The notes beneath the pieces are model-generated. The model saw only the letters and a program-made list of their open reading frames with translations, had not been told where the DNA came from and did no database searches. The position numbers and the translations under genes are program-made. From Candidatus Latescibacterota bacterium (GTDB lineage: Bacteria > Latescibacterota > UBA2968 > UBA8231): DNA of 64,000 nucleotides. The DNA is taken from contig CBDAOB010000005.1 of the NCBI GenBank assembly GCA_965197905.1, forward strand, positions 832,001 through 896,000. The letters are read 5' to 3'. Below, piece after piece: positions 9,211-19,339 of the stretch (positions are counted from its first letter, which is position 1; every line of letters begins with the position of its first letter).

Positions 9211-10620
9211 CTATCCGAACTGATACTCACGCGTGCCCGCGATCAAGGCCAGCAACTCGCCCACAATACGTGCGCATTCCGGCGTTGGTTCGACCGTCTC
9301 AAAGGACGGCCCCAGTGAACGGGCATGGTCTACTAGCTCTGAGCGCGTAGCCTCTTCAACTACCAACGGACCCATCTCATACAGACAGCGCTGAACCAGG
9401 ACCTCGGCCGCGTCGCCGCCGCCGTTGACCTCCGCGGCCACTCTTTTAACGATGTTCTGGACGCCGGGCAGGTCGGTATCTCTGACGCGGTCGGCGACGA
9501 AGTTCACGCGGTTGATGAGGGCCCCACTATTAACCCACTCTCTGCCGGTATGCCAACCTTCGACGCTGGGAGGGTTGAGCAGGTCCTGTCCCATGCCCCG
9601 GGTCTGGGCGGGTATCTCTCCCCAGCTCGGATGCGGTCCTCTCAGGGCCCCGGTGAACCTCAGGGTCCCGGCGACAACCTCGACCGGGCTCCGGACCTTC
9701 TGGTAGGTCGCATCCTTGAAGAAGTCAGCGTTGAAAAGGACACGCAGCACAGGCTTCATTTCGAAGTCGTTATTGACCCACGTCTCTGAGAGCAGGTCGA
9801 TGGCATCCGGGTCTCGAGGAGGCTGGTTGGGCCACTTTGGCACCTCGGGCTCATCAGCCACGAAGAAGTTATAGAGGTGTCTCATGACGAACGCCGGGCA
9901 GGCCGGTTGCTGCAGGATGATGTCGATGATGTCTTGACCGTTGAAGTGACCGGTGTGTCCCAGAAAACTCTTCTCGCCGTGGTCGTGGTCCTCCGGGCGG
10001 TACTCGAAGCCCCAGGGATGAGCACCCCAGGGAAATCCGGGGATCTTGGGTTTGATGGTCCAACCCGTAAAGGCGCGGGCACACTCAAAGACATCTTTTT
10101 CGGTGTAGTTTCCCACCCCCAGGGAGAACAGCTCCATCAACTCCCGGCCCCAGTTTTCGTTGGGGGCACGCTTGTGGTTCTCCTGATTGTCGAGCCAGAA
10201 GATCATGGCGGGATTCTGGGCCAGCTCCAGCAGCAGGTCCCGGAAATTCTCTATTCCCCGGGCGCGGAACATCTGTATCTGGACGTCCATGTCGATAGCG
10301 GACGACACCTTGTCGTCACCGGTGGCGAAGACGTGGTGCCAGAAAAGCGCCATCTTCTCTTGAAGAGGTCGACCGGTGTTCACCATGCGGTAGAGCCACA
10401 ACAGCTGTGCATGGTTAATTCCCTCGGACGGATGGGTGATAGGGTGATAGCGGTAGAACTCATACTCATCTATGTCCGGGTGCTGCTCGGGGTGCAGCAG
10501 TTGCTCTACGGTCTCTTCATACCCGTGCTCAGCCAGGACCTCCAGCTCTTCGTAAGCCGCGCCAAAGCCAGCTCGACGCATCAGGTGCGCCATCAGCGCG
10601 ATCTCTTCTCGACCCGCCAC
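9211..10620 (-). CDS. DUF1800 family protein
   Basis: HLMRRAGFG, LQEKMALFWH, PNENWGRELMELFSLG, ARAFTGW, PPSVEGW. GTG start at 10620 with GGAG RBS (TTG 10623 is an alternative). Confidence 0.88.
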   Translation of the reverse strand: MAGREEIALMAHLMRRAGFGAAYEELEVLAEHGYEETVEQLLHPEQHPDIDEYEFYRYHPITHPSEGINHAQLLWLYRMVNTGRPLQEKMALFWHHVFATGDDKVSSAIDMDVQIQMFRARGIENFRDLLLELAQNPAMIFWLDNQENHKRAPNENWGRELMELFSLGVGNYTEKDVFECARAFTGWTIKPKIPGFPWGAHPWGFEYRPEDHDHGEKSFLGHTGHFNGQDIIDIILQQPACPAFVMRHLYNFFVADEPEVPKWPNQPPRDPDAIDLLSETWVNNDFEMKPVLRVLFNADFFKDATYQKVRSPVEVVAGTLRFTGALRGPHPSWGEIPAQTRGMGQDLLNPPSVEGWHTGREWVNSGALINRVNFVADRVRDTDLPGVQNIVKRVAAEVNGGGDAAEVLVQRCLYEMGPLVVEEATRSELVDHARSLGPSFETVEPTPECARIVGELLALIAGTREYQFG

Positions 10621-10913
10621 CAACAGTCTCCTTCTCTCATTCGAGGATTGAAGTTTATTAGCGCCGTTCGCAGGTTGAAATTAGGCTGTCACCCTCTGTG
10701 CACCGTCAAACAAACGTCAAAGGCGACCTGCAAAATAATACACATGGAGACTTCAACGGTAAATGATCAATTAAGGGAGCTACGCAATCGGCGGTAGAAG
10801 GTGTGAATAGAGCTAGTGATGACGCCGGTCGTGGCGGCCGCAGGACTGGATCTCCTGGTTTAGATTCAGCAACTTTCCTGTGCCAGCTGTACGCTTTGAA
10901 AGGAATTTGAGCT

Positions 10914-11783
10914 ATGTCAGATATATCTTCTTCGTCCCAACGAGTTAGCAGCCCACGCATAGACGATCGCGATTGGAGCCGACTCACCCTAGGGCAGCAG
11001 ATTCAACAGCTCGAGGTCGAAGGCTACGTCGTTCTGCCCGATCTACTCTCGGCCGATCACATTGCGCGCCTCAAGGAACAAACCGTGCAGTTCGAAACCA
11101 CTCACGTGGATTACAGCGTGCACCAGCGCGGTCGGCAAGATATCCAGTTTGCCGGCGGGGGGGTTACCGAGCTTGTTGCGTTTCCCCCCATGATCGAGTT
11201 CTTGAAAGCAGTCTGCGGCGATGAGATCGTTTTGATGTCCTACGATTACTCTCGCTCCGAGCCGGGGCACCCGGGCATCAGTCTGCACTGCGACGGCCAG
11301 CCGTGGGGGTCGCGAATTTTCGGTGCTGAATACACCTGCCCCAAACTGATCCGCGCCCTCTACTACCTGGACGATTTGATACCCGAGGTATCGCCCTTCC
11401 GCGTGGTGCCGCGGTCGCATCTGAGCTACCACAACGAAGCCAATCCGTACCTGCGCTACGAGGAGCACCCCGAGGAAGTCATGGTGACCTCCAGGGCCGG
11501 CTCTGCAGTGCTGTTCGACAATTATGTATTCCACGGCAACTATCCCAACGTGGGCAGCTACCCGCGGGAGGCGCTTCAGCTCTCCTACCGGCCAACCTGG
11601 GCAGGTCCGGCAGGCGATGTCGAACCGTGGGATCCGGACCATGTGGCCAACCTCGCTCCGACCGTGCGCCAGTTCATGGGCGATCGCAGTGCTCGCCTTT
11701 GGATCTACGAGGGCGGCAACAAACCGGCTGATATGGCCAGCGAGGCTCCGGGCATGAACCCCAGTCGCTGGGATCGCGATTAG
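10914..11783 (+). CDS. PhyH-family dioxygenase
   Basis: EVEGYVVLPDLLS, LHCD, VVPRSH, AGSAVLF...FH. Confidence 0.85.
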   Translation: MSDISSSSQRVSSPRIDDRDWSRLTLGQQIQQLEVEGYVVLPDLLSADHIARLKEQTVQFETTHVDYSVHQRGRQDIQFAGGGVTELVAFPPMIEFLKAVCGDEIVLMSYDYSRSEPGHPGISLHCDGQPWGSRIFGAEYTCPKLIRALYYLDDLIPEVSPFRVVPRSHLSYHNEANPYLRYEEHPEEVMVTSRAGSAVLFDNYVFHGNYPNVGSYPREALQLSYRPTWAGPAGDVEPWDPDHVANLAPTVRQFMGDRSARLWIYEGGNKPADMASEAPGMNPSRWDRD

Positions 11784-11807
11784 GGCGAAGAATGTTGATC
11801 GCGCCCG

Positions 11808-12737
11808 TCAGGCGCGAAGCGGCTGTCGTAGTCTCCTCAGCCTCCGCGTCCCGCGCACCGTAAAGCGCCAGCGGGGTCCATATTTCTTCGCCAGGTTGAC
11901 GTTCTCCCTTATGTCGGCCAGGGTCTCCAGCGTCTCAACCACCGGAACCTCGTCGCGGCCGGCGGTGCGCTTCAGGAACTCCCGGGTCTTGCCGTTGAGA
12001 ACCCCGTAAAACCCGCGAACATCCGCATCTGTGTGGTCCCGCCAAAACATGGCCGGTATGAACGAATCGTCGCCGAGGAATTCGCGGTGGCGGTGGCCAT
12101 AGTAGATCTGCACCGTCTTGCGCTCGGATTGCGTGGGACGCACGGTCGCCGTGTGCAAGCGGGTGATGTTGAAGATCACCGCCGTACCCGCTTTGCCATA
12201 CAGATCGTGGACGCCTCCGCGCTCCAGCTGTGCCTCCGTGTCCAGCAATTCTTCATCGAACGCCTGCGGTGAGATGGAGAAGGTGTGGGTCGTCTCGTCC
12301 GCGTCTTCCAGAAAGAGCATCATCTGCACATAGCCGATCCGCAGCGGATGTTCCGGCCACATGCTGTCCTCTCGCCCGTCCCGATGCCACCGCCGCCCCA
12401 CCTGTCCTTCCCACGTCCTCATCCCAGGAATCGGCTCGCCCGCGTAGGGTCCCATGCGCCTGAGGCAGATCTCGGCGAAGCAGACATCGCCGCCCATCAG
12501 GGCACGAAGGGGTCCCATCGCCTTCGGATGCCGAATGATCTCGTCGAACTCGGGTGCCGTCAGGAGCGCATCACAATGCTGGGTCTGCCAGATGCCGTTG
12601 TCATTCCAGAAACGGCTGAATTCCCGACGATTGCGATCGAAAAGATCGACAAATCGGGCAAGCTCCTCGTCACTCAGAATCTTTCCCAGCGATACGTAAC
12701 CGTGATCTCGGAAGAAATCGTGATCTGCCTGCTTCAC
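11808..12737 (-). CDS. PhyH-family dioxygenase, close paralog of 687..1616
   Basis: Same length (309 aa), WHRD / RLHT, long identical peptide runs with 687..1616. GTG start after GGAGG. Confidence 0.85.
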   Translation of the reverse strand: MKQADHDFFRDHGYVSLGKILSDEELARFVDLFDRNRREFSRFWNDNGIWQTQHCDALLTAPEFDEIIRHPKAMGPLRALMGGDVCFAEICLRRMGPYAGEPIPGMRTWEGQVGRRWHRDGREDSMWPEHPLRIGYVQMMLFLEDADETTHTFSISPQAFDEELLDTEAQLERGGVHDLYGKAGTAVIFNITRLHTATVRPTQSERKTVQIYYGHRHREFLGDDSFIPAMFWRDHTDADVRGFYGVLNGKTREFLKRTAGRDEVPVVETLETLADIRENVNLAKKYGPRWRFTVRGTRRLRRLRQPLRA

Positions 12738-12829
12738 CGCCGGTACCTCCTGTTAAGCTGGTGGCATTCTTTAGCCACAGTTTGGAGACGCATGTAGGCC
12801 TTGCCAACGGGCGCTTGGACAACGCAGAA

Positions 12830-14800
12830 TCAATACACCCGGATATGATTGTACTTCACTCCCGTGAAGGAATCCACCAGCAGCCAGAATCCCGCTGCCA
12901 CGAACTGCCCCAGAATGATCCCCATGAAAAACGGCTTTGTTCGTTCGTAGAGGCTGGCCCCTCCGTAGTTCAGCACCATAACCTTGATCAACCACGCGCA
13001 CATTATGGACATCCACAAGTGGTTCATCACCCAGGAAGCGCTGACGGCAAATCCTATCGGGTGGAACGGCCACCAGGCGAAAACGTGGCGCGCAAGCATG
13101 AGCCCGCCCATCAAGGCACCCCCTACCCCGGTCCATATCCACCCTTCCACGTTCGGCCCGGTGAGGTTCGCCATACCGGCTTCCGCAAACCGCGACGGCC
13201 ACATGGCAAAACCCTGGTAGTACTTGGAGTTGAGGTGCAAACCTCCATACTTGTAGGCGAGGTAGATCTGAAACCACGTCGCCGCTAATATGGCGATCAC
13301 CACGGCCGCGGCCACGGCGAGAAAGACTCCCCTCCGGTTGCGGGTTATCTCCGAACCCATCCGCAGCGCGTTCGCCATCGGCGCGGTTACGAACATGAGA
13401 AACCCACCGACCCAGACCAGGGTGTAGCCAAGCGCCACCACCCCCTTGATGCCCAGTGACGTTGAGCCGATCCCCGACATCAGGAAGGTCGCGGGCGCCA
13501 TGGCCGGGGCGACGGTAGGCAAACCAGTCTCGGCAACCACCCGCGCCAAGCCGATCATAAGCACGAGCGCGGCGAAGATGAAGAGCAGCGCCGTCCAGGC
13601 CGGCATCCCCGACTGCCACAGCCAGATGAAAATGAAGCCCGACCCTCCCAGAAAGCAGAGCACCGCGGTCCGGTACGACATGATCTCCTGCGAGTCATCC
13701 ACTGGAGTCTTGCTGTTCCAGGCCTTGCGCAAAACCTCGGCCAGGTGGGGCCTTGCCGTCCACAGGCCGAAGACCACCAGAACGATCAGGGCACCGATCA
13801 TCTGGTGCCCAATGGCGGCCCCACCCACCGGTCCCGAGGCATCCCCCGGACCCAGGTGCTGGCTCAGGCCAATGCCAAAAATCGCAAACGCCCCTCCTTG
13901 AAGCACCCGAACGAGATAGAAGAACCACATGCTGAAAGCGACGGTGGTGTTGATGAAATAGGCGAAGCCGAGCATCAGAAAATTGATGCGGAACATCAAC
14001 TCGATCTGGTCGCGGAAGATCATGGTCTCCACGACCCCCATCACGGCGGGAATAAAGGAGAAATAGTTGTGTAGTATGTTGGTGCTGTTGATCAGAAACG
14101 AAAAGAGGAATCCGCCCCACATCACCGGATTCCTGAAGAAGGGTCTGATGATCGCATCCGTCCGGCCGTTGTCCTCCAACATGGCCAGGGGCACCTGGGC
14201 TAGCGGAAACGCCAGGCGCTCGTGCTCCACCCATTGCCGGCGCAGGATGACCAGCGCGCTGAAGAGGGTCAGATAATAAGCGATAAAGAAGAGAAACCAG
14301 CGCAGCAGGACCGGCATCCACAACTCCCAGGGAATTCGATCGACGCCCCCGCCGTAATACAGATCGCGGACGGCTTGTTGATCGCCCAGCACGAGCCATT
14401 CCGCCAGTATGGGTTGGATGAGCTCGCCCCAGTTGTTCTCCGGGGTGGTGTAGAAGGTGACGCCCGTGACCATGGAAACCACCTTCTGGGCTATGCCGCG
14501 ATTGGGAACGACCGTGGCCATCGCCATCATGATGAAGATGACCGCCAGCTCCCCGGGACGCAGCAGCCAGTCGCGCTTGAGCAGTCCGAGGACGATCTGC
14601 AGGGTCAGAATGAGTGTGAAGAAGAGAATGAACGCAGCGGGTGTGCAGGAGCTCAGGCCGATGCGCGACCCGTGGATCACGTTGATGGTGTAAGGCAGGA
14701 TCAGCGCTATACTCAGGGCCGAGAGCGAACCGATCAACAAGCTGCGCGGCGTCAGCGCCCACCGATCCGACGGGAGTAGGTCGACGCGGCTCGTCGTCAT
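12830..14800 (-). CDS. DUF6785/DUF6784-type membrane protein, close paralog of 1718..3682
   Basis: 656 aa; shares RIGLSSCTPAAFILFF, MFRINFLMLGFAYFINT and LYERTKPFFMGIILGQFVAAGFWLLVDS with 1718..3682. Confidence 0.75.
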   Translation of the reverse strand: MTTSRVDLLPSDRWALTPRSLLIGSLSALSIALILPYTINVIHGSRIGLSSCTPAAFILFFTLILTLQIVLGLLKRDWLLRPGELAVIFIMMAMATVVPNRGIAQKVVSMVTGVTFYTTPENNWGELIQPILAEWLVLGDQQAVRDLYYGGGVDRIPWELWMPVLLRWFLFFIAYYLTLFSALVILRRQWVEHERLAFPLAQVPLAMLEDNGRTDAIIRPFFRNPVMWGGFLFSFLINSTNILHNYFSFIPAVMGVVETMIFRDQIELMFRINFLMLGFAYFINTTVAFSMWFFYLVRVLQGGAFAIFGIGLSQHLGPGDASGPVGGAAIGHQMIGALIVLVVFGLWTARPHLAEVLRKAWNSKTPVDDSQEIMSYRTAVLCFLGGSGFIFIWLWQSGMPAWTALLFIFAALVLMIGLARVVAETGLPTVAPAMAPATFLMSGIGSTSLGIKGVVALGYTLVWVGGFLMFVTAPMANALRMGSEITRNRRGVFLAVAAAVVIAILAATWFQIYLAYKYGGLHLNSKYYQGFAMWPSRFAEAGMANLTGPNVEGWIWTGVGGALMGGLMLARHVFAWWPFHPIGFAVSASWVMNHLWMSIMCAWLIKVMVLNYGGASLYERTKPFFMGIILGQFVAAGFWLLVDSFTGVKYNHIRVY

Positions 14801-14815
14801 CGAATGTTCGAGGGA

Positions 14816-15703
14816 CTACCTTGGAACGGGGATCCTCGACCCGAATCCACTGTCGACGAGCTTGAGCCCGGTGGCGTCCTCAGAGGTATCGCAGATTTCC
14901 CTGAGGCTGTCTATCCACTGTTGGCGTTTCGGGTTCTTCTCGGGGTTGCTCAACCACTCCTCGGCGACCCCGTCCTGCCAGGGCATCTCGGGATGCGGTT
15001 CGGGATGCAGGTATCTCGGAGCGATGTTGCGCATGGTTTCCAGTTCCTGAGGTGTCTCAGGGTAGTTGAAGAAACTCACACAATTCATCTGCCGGTCGTT
15101 GCTTCCGCCGTAGGTTGCGTGCATGATGCGCAGGTCGAATGCCACGACGTCGGAGGGCTCCATCTCGATCTTGCAGCACGGTATCCGGTCCAGCTGCTCG
15201 GTTGCTTTCTCGTGAAAATCGGGATTCTTCCGGAACTGCTTGCCCAGCACGGGGTACTGGGCGAGCTGGGTCTGGTATGGGTCTTGATGGGAACCGGGTA
15301 TGAATCTCAACGCGCCACTATTGGCATCCACCCGCTGCAAACCGAACTGGAATTTTATCCCTCCTCCGTAGACGTTCATGCAGCCGTCGTTGTAGTGCCA
15401 CGGAGTATTGCCGACGTACCGATAGGCATTGACCTCGAAACAGAGAGCTCTTTCACCGAAGAGCTGCTCGGCCGCCTCGTAGAAGCGCGGGTCTTCCGGG
15501 AGGCCTGCGTAGACGGGTGTCTCAGCGCTCAGCATCCTGAAGAATTGCATTTTCGTACCGTCGAATTTTGTCCACCTCGACGCTTTTTCTGCGGCGTAAT
15601 CGAACTCTTTCCTGAGAGTATCCAACTCCTCTGGACGAAAAAATTCCCTGAGTACAACAAATCCAAAGGCTCTAAATTGTCTCTCTTGTTCCGAAGTCAA
15701 CAT
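14816..15703 (-). CDS. PhyH-family dioxygenase with variant metal motif
   Basis: FRAFGFVVLREFF, GALRFIPGSH, DVVAFDLRIMH; first motif reads WHYND instead of WHxD. Confidence 0.8.
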   Translation of the reverse strand: MLTSEQERQFRAFGFVVLREFFRPEELDTLRKEFDYAAEKASRWTKFDGTKMQFFRMLSAETPVYAGLPEDPRFYEAAEQLFGERALCFEVNAYRYVGNTPWHYNDGCMNVYGGGIKFQFGLQRVDANSGALRFIPGSHQDPYQTQLAQYPVLGKQFRKNPDFHEKATEQLDRIPCCKIEMEPSDVVAFDLRIMHATYGGSNDRQMNCVSFFNYPETPQELETMRNIAPRYLHPEPHPEMPWQDGVAEEWLSNPEKNPKRQQWIDSLREICDTSEDATGLKLVDSGFGSRIPVPR

Positions 15704-16066
15704 GATTTACTCCTGTCATCGCTGTGGCTGTCTAGATTTCCATTTTTTTGGGATCACTTAGAGGCAAGCCATGATTTTCGTATTTCTTGGCAATCGTGAA
15801 AACGAAACGTAGATTTCCTGGGGCGAGAACTGCGATTGCCGGTTCATCGCCTTTTTGGATGCGTTTGGAAACTGCAGTTTCTTCTGCGTTAAAACAGCAT
15901 GGGAAATTCGAATCCTTGACGAGGTAATCTAATAGAGCTGGACTGTCAATGGGGAAGTGGTTTCCCAGGTGCAGAGTGTTGCGATGGTGGTAAGTGTGGC
16001 TCCAGATAGTGGCGACGGTCTTTTGTTAGCTTCCCTCGCTTTTGCCCTCTACAATGCGTCTTACCA

Positions 16067-17011
16067 ATGGACCAAGAAATGCCCGTGAGAATAGATATTG
16101 CTGTCATCGGATTCCTGACCCTGTTCGTCTGTTTTCAGGCAGGCGCATCTGCCCAAACCGAGGCCCCTCAGGATTCGCTTATCCTCCTGGAACAATCGGA
16201 AACGCCCTACAACAGCATGTTCGTATATCGCAGGGGCGACCTGATCGTGATGCGCTTTAAACGCCTTGGATTAGATTTCAACGAGTCCGCAATCTATCCG
16301 AAGAATCCCCTCGAGCTCGCATTTTCCCACTACAAGCTAATGCCCGTGGGGCTGCTATACGTCGATAATCCGGTGAAACTGTTGATGATCGGACTGGGTG
16401 GCGGAACGACATCCAGATACATCCACCATCATATGCCCGAGCTCAAGATCGCGGCAGTGGAGCTGGATCCTGGAGTTATCGCCGCTGCTGCCAAGTATTT
16501 TGGCACCGTAGAGGACTCTACCTACTCTATCACCGCGAACGACGGTCGCATCTTCCTGATTCGCAATTCTGCCCAATATGACATTATCGTCGTAGACGCC
16601 TTTCGCGGAGGGTACATCCCTTTTCACCTCACCACCCAGGAGTTTTATAAGCTTCTGAAATCCCGCTTGAAGGCCGGAGGATGCATAGTAGCCAACGTCA
16701 ACGGCGGCAGCCGCCTGTTCGATAGTACACTGCTAACGCTCGGCAGCGTGTTCGATGTGGTGGACACCTTCTCGAGTGAAGGCGACAATGTCATCACCGT
16801 GTCATACATGGGCCCTCGAAAGGCTGAGGAAGAACTTGCGGTGCGGGCAGCATCGCTGCAGAAACGATTCGAATTTCACCATGATATCGGGGAAATCGTA
16901 AAACACAAGTTCTCAGTAAATCCCGATCCGAACGCGATTCTGCTTACGGATGACTTTTCGCCTGTCAACTACCTGAACGCCATTGGCCGACACAACGAAC
17001 CGCTGTGGTGA
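16067..17011 (+). CDS. Spermidine synthase-like SAM-dependent transferase with N-terminal hydrophobic/signal segment
   Basis: LMIGLGGG, VELDP, DGR, YDIIVVDAF, HLTTQEFY, LLTDDFSP. Confidence 0.8.
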   Translation: MDQEMPVRIDIAVIGFLTLFVCFQAGASAQTEAPQDSLILLEQSETPYNSMFVYRRGDLIVMRFKRLGLDFNESAIYPKNPLELAFSHYKLMPVGLLYVDNPVKLLMIGLGGGTTSRYIHHHMPELKIAAVELDPGVIAAAAKYFGTVEDSTYSITANDGRIFLIRNSAQYDIIVVDAFRGGYIPFHLTTQEFYKLLKSRLKAGGCIVANVNGGSRLFDSTLLTLGSVFDVVDTFSSEGDNVITVSYMGPRKAEEELAVRAASLQKRFEFHHDIGEIVKHKFSVNPDPNAILLTDDFSPVNYLNAIGRHNEPLW

Positions 17012-17137
17012 CCGGAATACCTGTGCCCGAACGCCTAGTTCTGTAGCTGCCACCAAACGGCCGCGCGGGTTCATTGGCTTGCGCCTCTTTCGGGTTCGAG
17101 GCGCCCAAGGCAAGTGACCGGCACTGATGGTCGCAAT

Positions 17138-19107
17138 CTATCCGACACCCCTCGGTCCGGCCGCGGTGTGCCCTGCGGTGGGGAACCAGATCAGGTCGAC
17201 CAAGACGGAAGAGGCAACCCCGACTATGTAACCGACCCCCATGCCGTAGAAAAACGGCTTGCCTGCCACGTAGGCGGCGACCCCGCCATAGCGTAGGAGG
17301 GTGGCTTTGACGCCCCAGACCACCGCCAGATTAATCCAGTAGAGATCCAGCCAGAATGATTCCTGAAAAGCGAGACCGACCGGGTGCAAGGAGAACCAGT
17401 GGTAGCGACTGCGCAGGTAGGTCATGCCCGCCGCTTGTAGCCATCCGAAGAGAAATACCCCGATCTTCTGCCAGTCCATAACTGTGCGGTTCTGGAGCAT
17501 GTAGACCAAGGGGTCGAAGAAACGGGCGGTCATCCACCACTCGAAGCTGATACCGGTGCCTCCCCCCGGTAGGTAGTATCGACGCGGGCGGCAACGGTGA
17601 CGACAAAGACGAGGGCGAAAACTCCAAGGGTTACAAGGGTAACCGCTAGTGGCTGATGTCGCAGTGAAAAAAAACGCAAGCAGTGGGTGAGAGCGGGCCA
17701 GGCGGGGATCAGATTACCGCCGAAGAAGCCGGGGCTGGTGAACAGGTGGAATCCGGCCAACCCGCGCGCCGTGATGGGGGCCGTGCCCAACAGGTCGACC
17801 ACAAAAGGGGCGCCCTTGACGAATGGACGGTACGGAGCGAGGTAGGCGAACCCGCAGGCGGCGACGAGTTTGGTCGTAACAAAAAAGGTCAGGGACATCA
17901 GCAGGAAAGATCCCAGTGCTAATGCCAGACTCATGCCTAAACTCATTGCCCAGACGACCACGTAGACCGCGGAAAGCACAAGCCCCACCCAGGCGAACCG
18001 ATAGCGTCGGCGGAGATGGGCATCGTCCCGTACTCGAAAAGCCATGCGCCAGGTCTCTCGCAGGTGACCTCGCGCGATCCATATCGCCCACACGGCGATG
18101 AACATCAAAGCTCCATAGTTTTCCATGAAGAGCAGCCGTTCGCCGCCGATCTGCTGGCCTTCCGCGCCGAACGAGATCCCGGTGCGAGTCAGCATACCTG
18201 CCTTGAAGAGACTCATGATACGGAAAAGGATCAGGCTGCCGAGAGTGTCCATCGGGCAGAGATAGGTCACCGCCATCACCAGCGGCATGTAGCGAATGTT
18301 GATCCGGTAGATCCAATCGCTCACCTCGAAGCGAAAGATCTCGGTATTGAAAGGGAGAATCATGGCCATGGTGAAATAGGTGGAGATGTTGTAGAGGATC
18401 GGCACAAAAACCAATCCGAAACCGATCCAGAACAGTTTCGTTCGGAACAGGTCGGGTAGGCGGCGGCGACCATCCATGCCGCGCAGCAGGTCTAATGGCA
18501 GCTGGGCCAGCGGGAAGGCGAGTTTCTCACGGTCCTCCCATTGGGTCTGGAAGAGAACGAACAGGCAGTACCCGAAGGCCACCATCGCCAGGGAAACACC
18601 CAGCCATTGCAAGGTTATCTCGATCCATCCCTCCCAGGGCACCAGGGCGCCGTCCGGAAGTCCGAGCCAAAAGCTGTCCAACACACGTGCACTCGTAGGA
18701 GCGAGCACATGCCACGGCAGGTAGTCGAAGAAATGCTCGGCGTACATGTTCTCGGGAGAGGCGAAATGGGTGGGTGAGGCGACCATCAACGACCATCGGC
18801 CCAACCAGTGGGGGAGGGTGCCGACAATCCAGAGCATGGAAAGGATGGTCAGCAGCTCTCCGGTCTTGAGGGTTTGGGAGGGCCAGATCCGCGAGAAGCC
18901 CACGTTCAGGAAGATCCAGAGGACGAACGGCATTAGGGCGAGCAGCGGCAGCTGCGAGTGGACGAAGTGTCCCACCCCCGAGCGCTCCGAGACGTAGATG
19001 ACATAGAGGATCACGCCCACCGTGGTGGCCAAGCCCAGGACCACGCCTCTCAAGGTGATCGATGGAGTTGCCGAGACGGTGTTGTGATCAGGGTCGGAAA
19101 TGGGCAA
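17138..19107 (-). pseudogene. DUF6785/DUF6784-type membrane protein split by a single-base frameshift (pseudogene or assembly error)
   Basis: ORFs 17530..19281 and 17138..17533 match the N- and C-terminal parts of paralog 57762..59747. One extra G in the G6 run (C6 at 17562-17567) fuses them into 656 aa from TTG 19107. Confidence 0.75.
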
Positions 19108-19339
19108 ACCGTTCGTCCGGGGAGGGCAGGTCGGATGGATCGGCAAGTCTATTACATGTTCGGCTGGATTACAAGCAAGGTGTGGCCAGGCGGCAAAATC
19201 CGGCTGTTGCCGCTCGTGTTGGCTGTCGACTGCCTCTGTCCGCTGGATACCTCGCCAGCCTGATCCGTACGGCTTGACCACGCAACTTTCGCTGCACTTA
19301 GTATTGACATCCCTTCAACCCAAAACAGAACGGAGTCTC

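Noticed and set aside
17081..17104. Hairpin gcgcctc-N10-gaggcgc between convergent genes
   Set aside because: Possible terminator, but it has a large loop and no U tract on either strand.
17555..17575. Programmed -1 ribosomal frameshift in the split DUF6785 gene
   Set aside because: TAC CGG GGG GAG does not fit an X XXY YYZ slippery heptamer, and three paralogs are uninterrupted.
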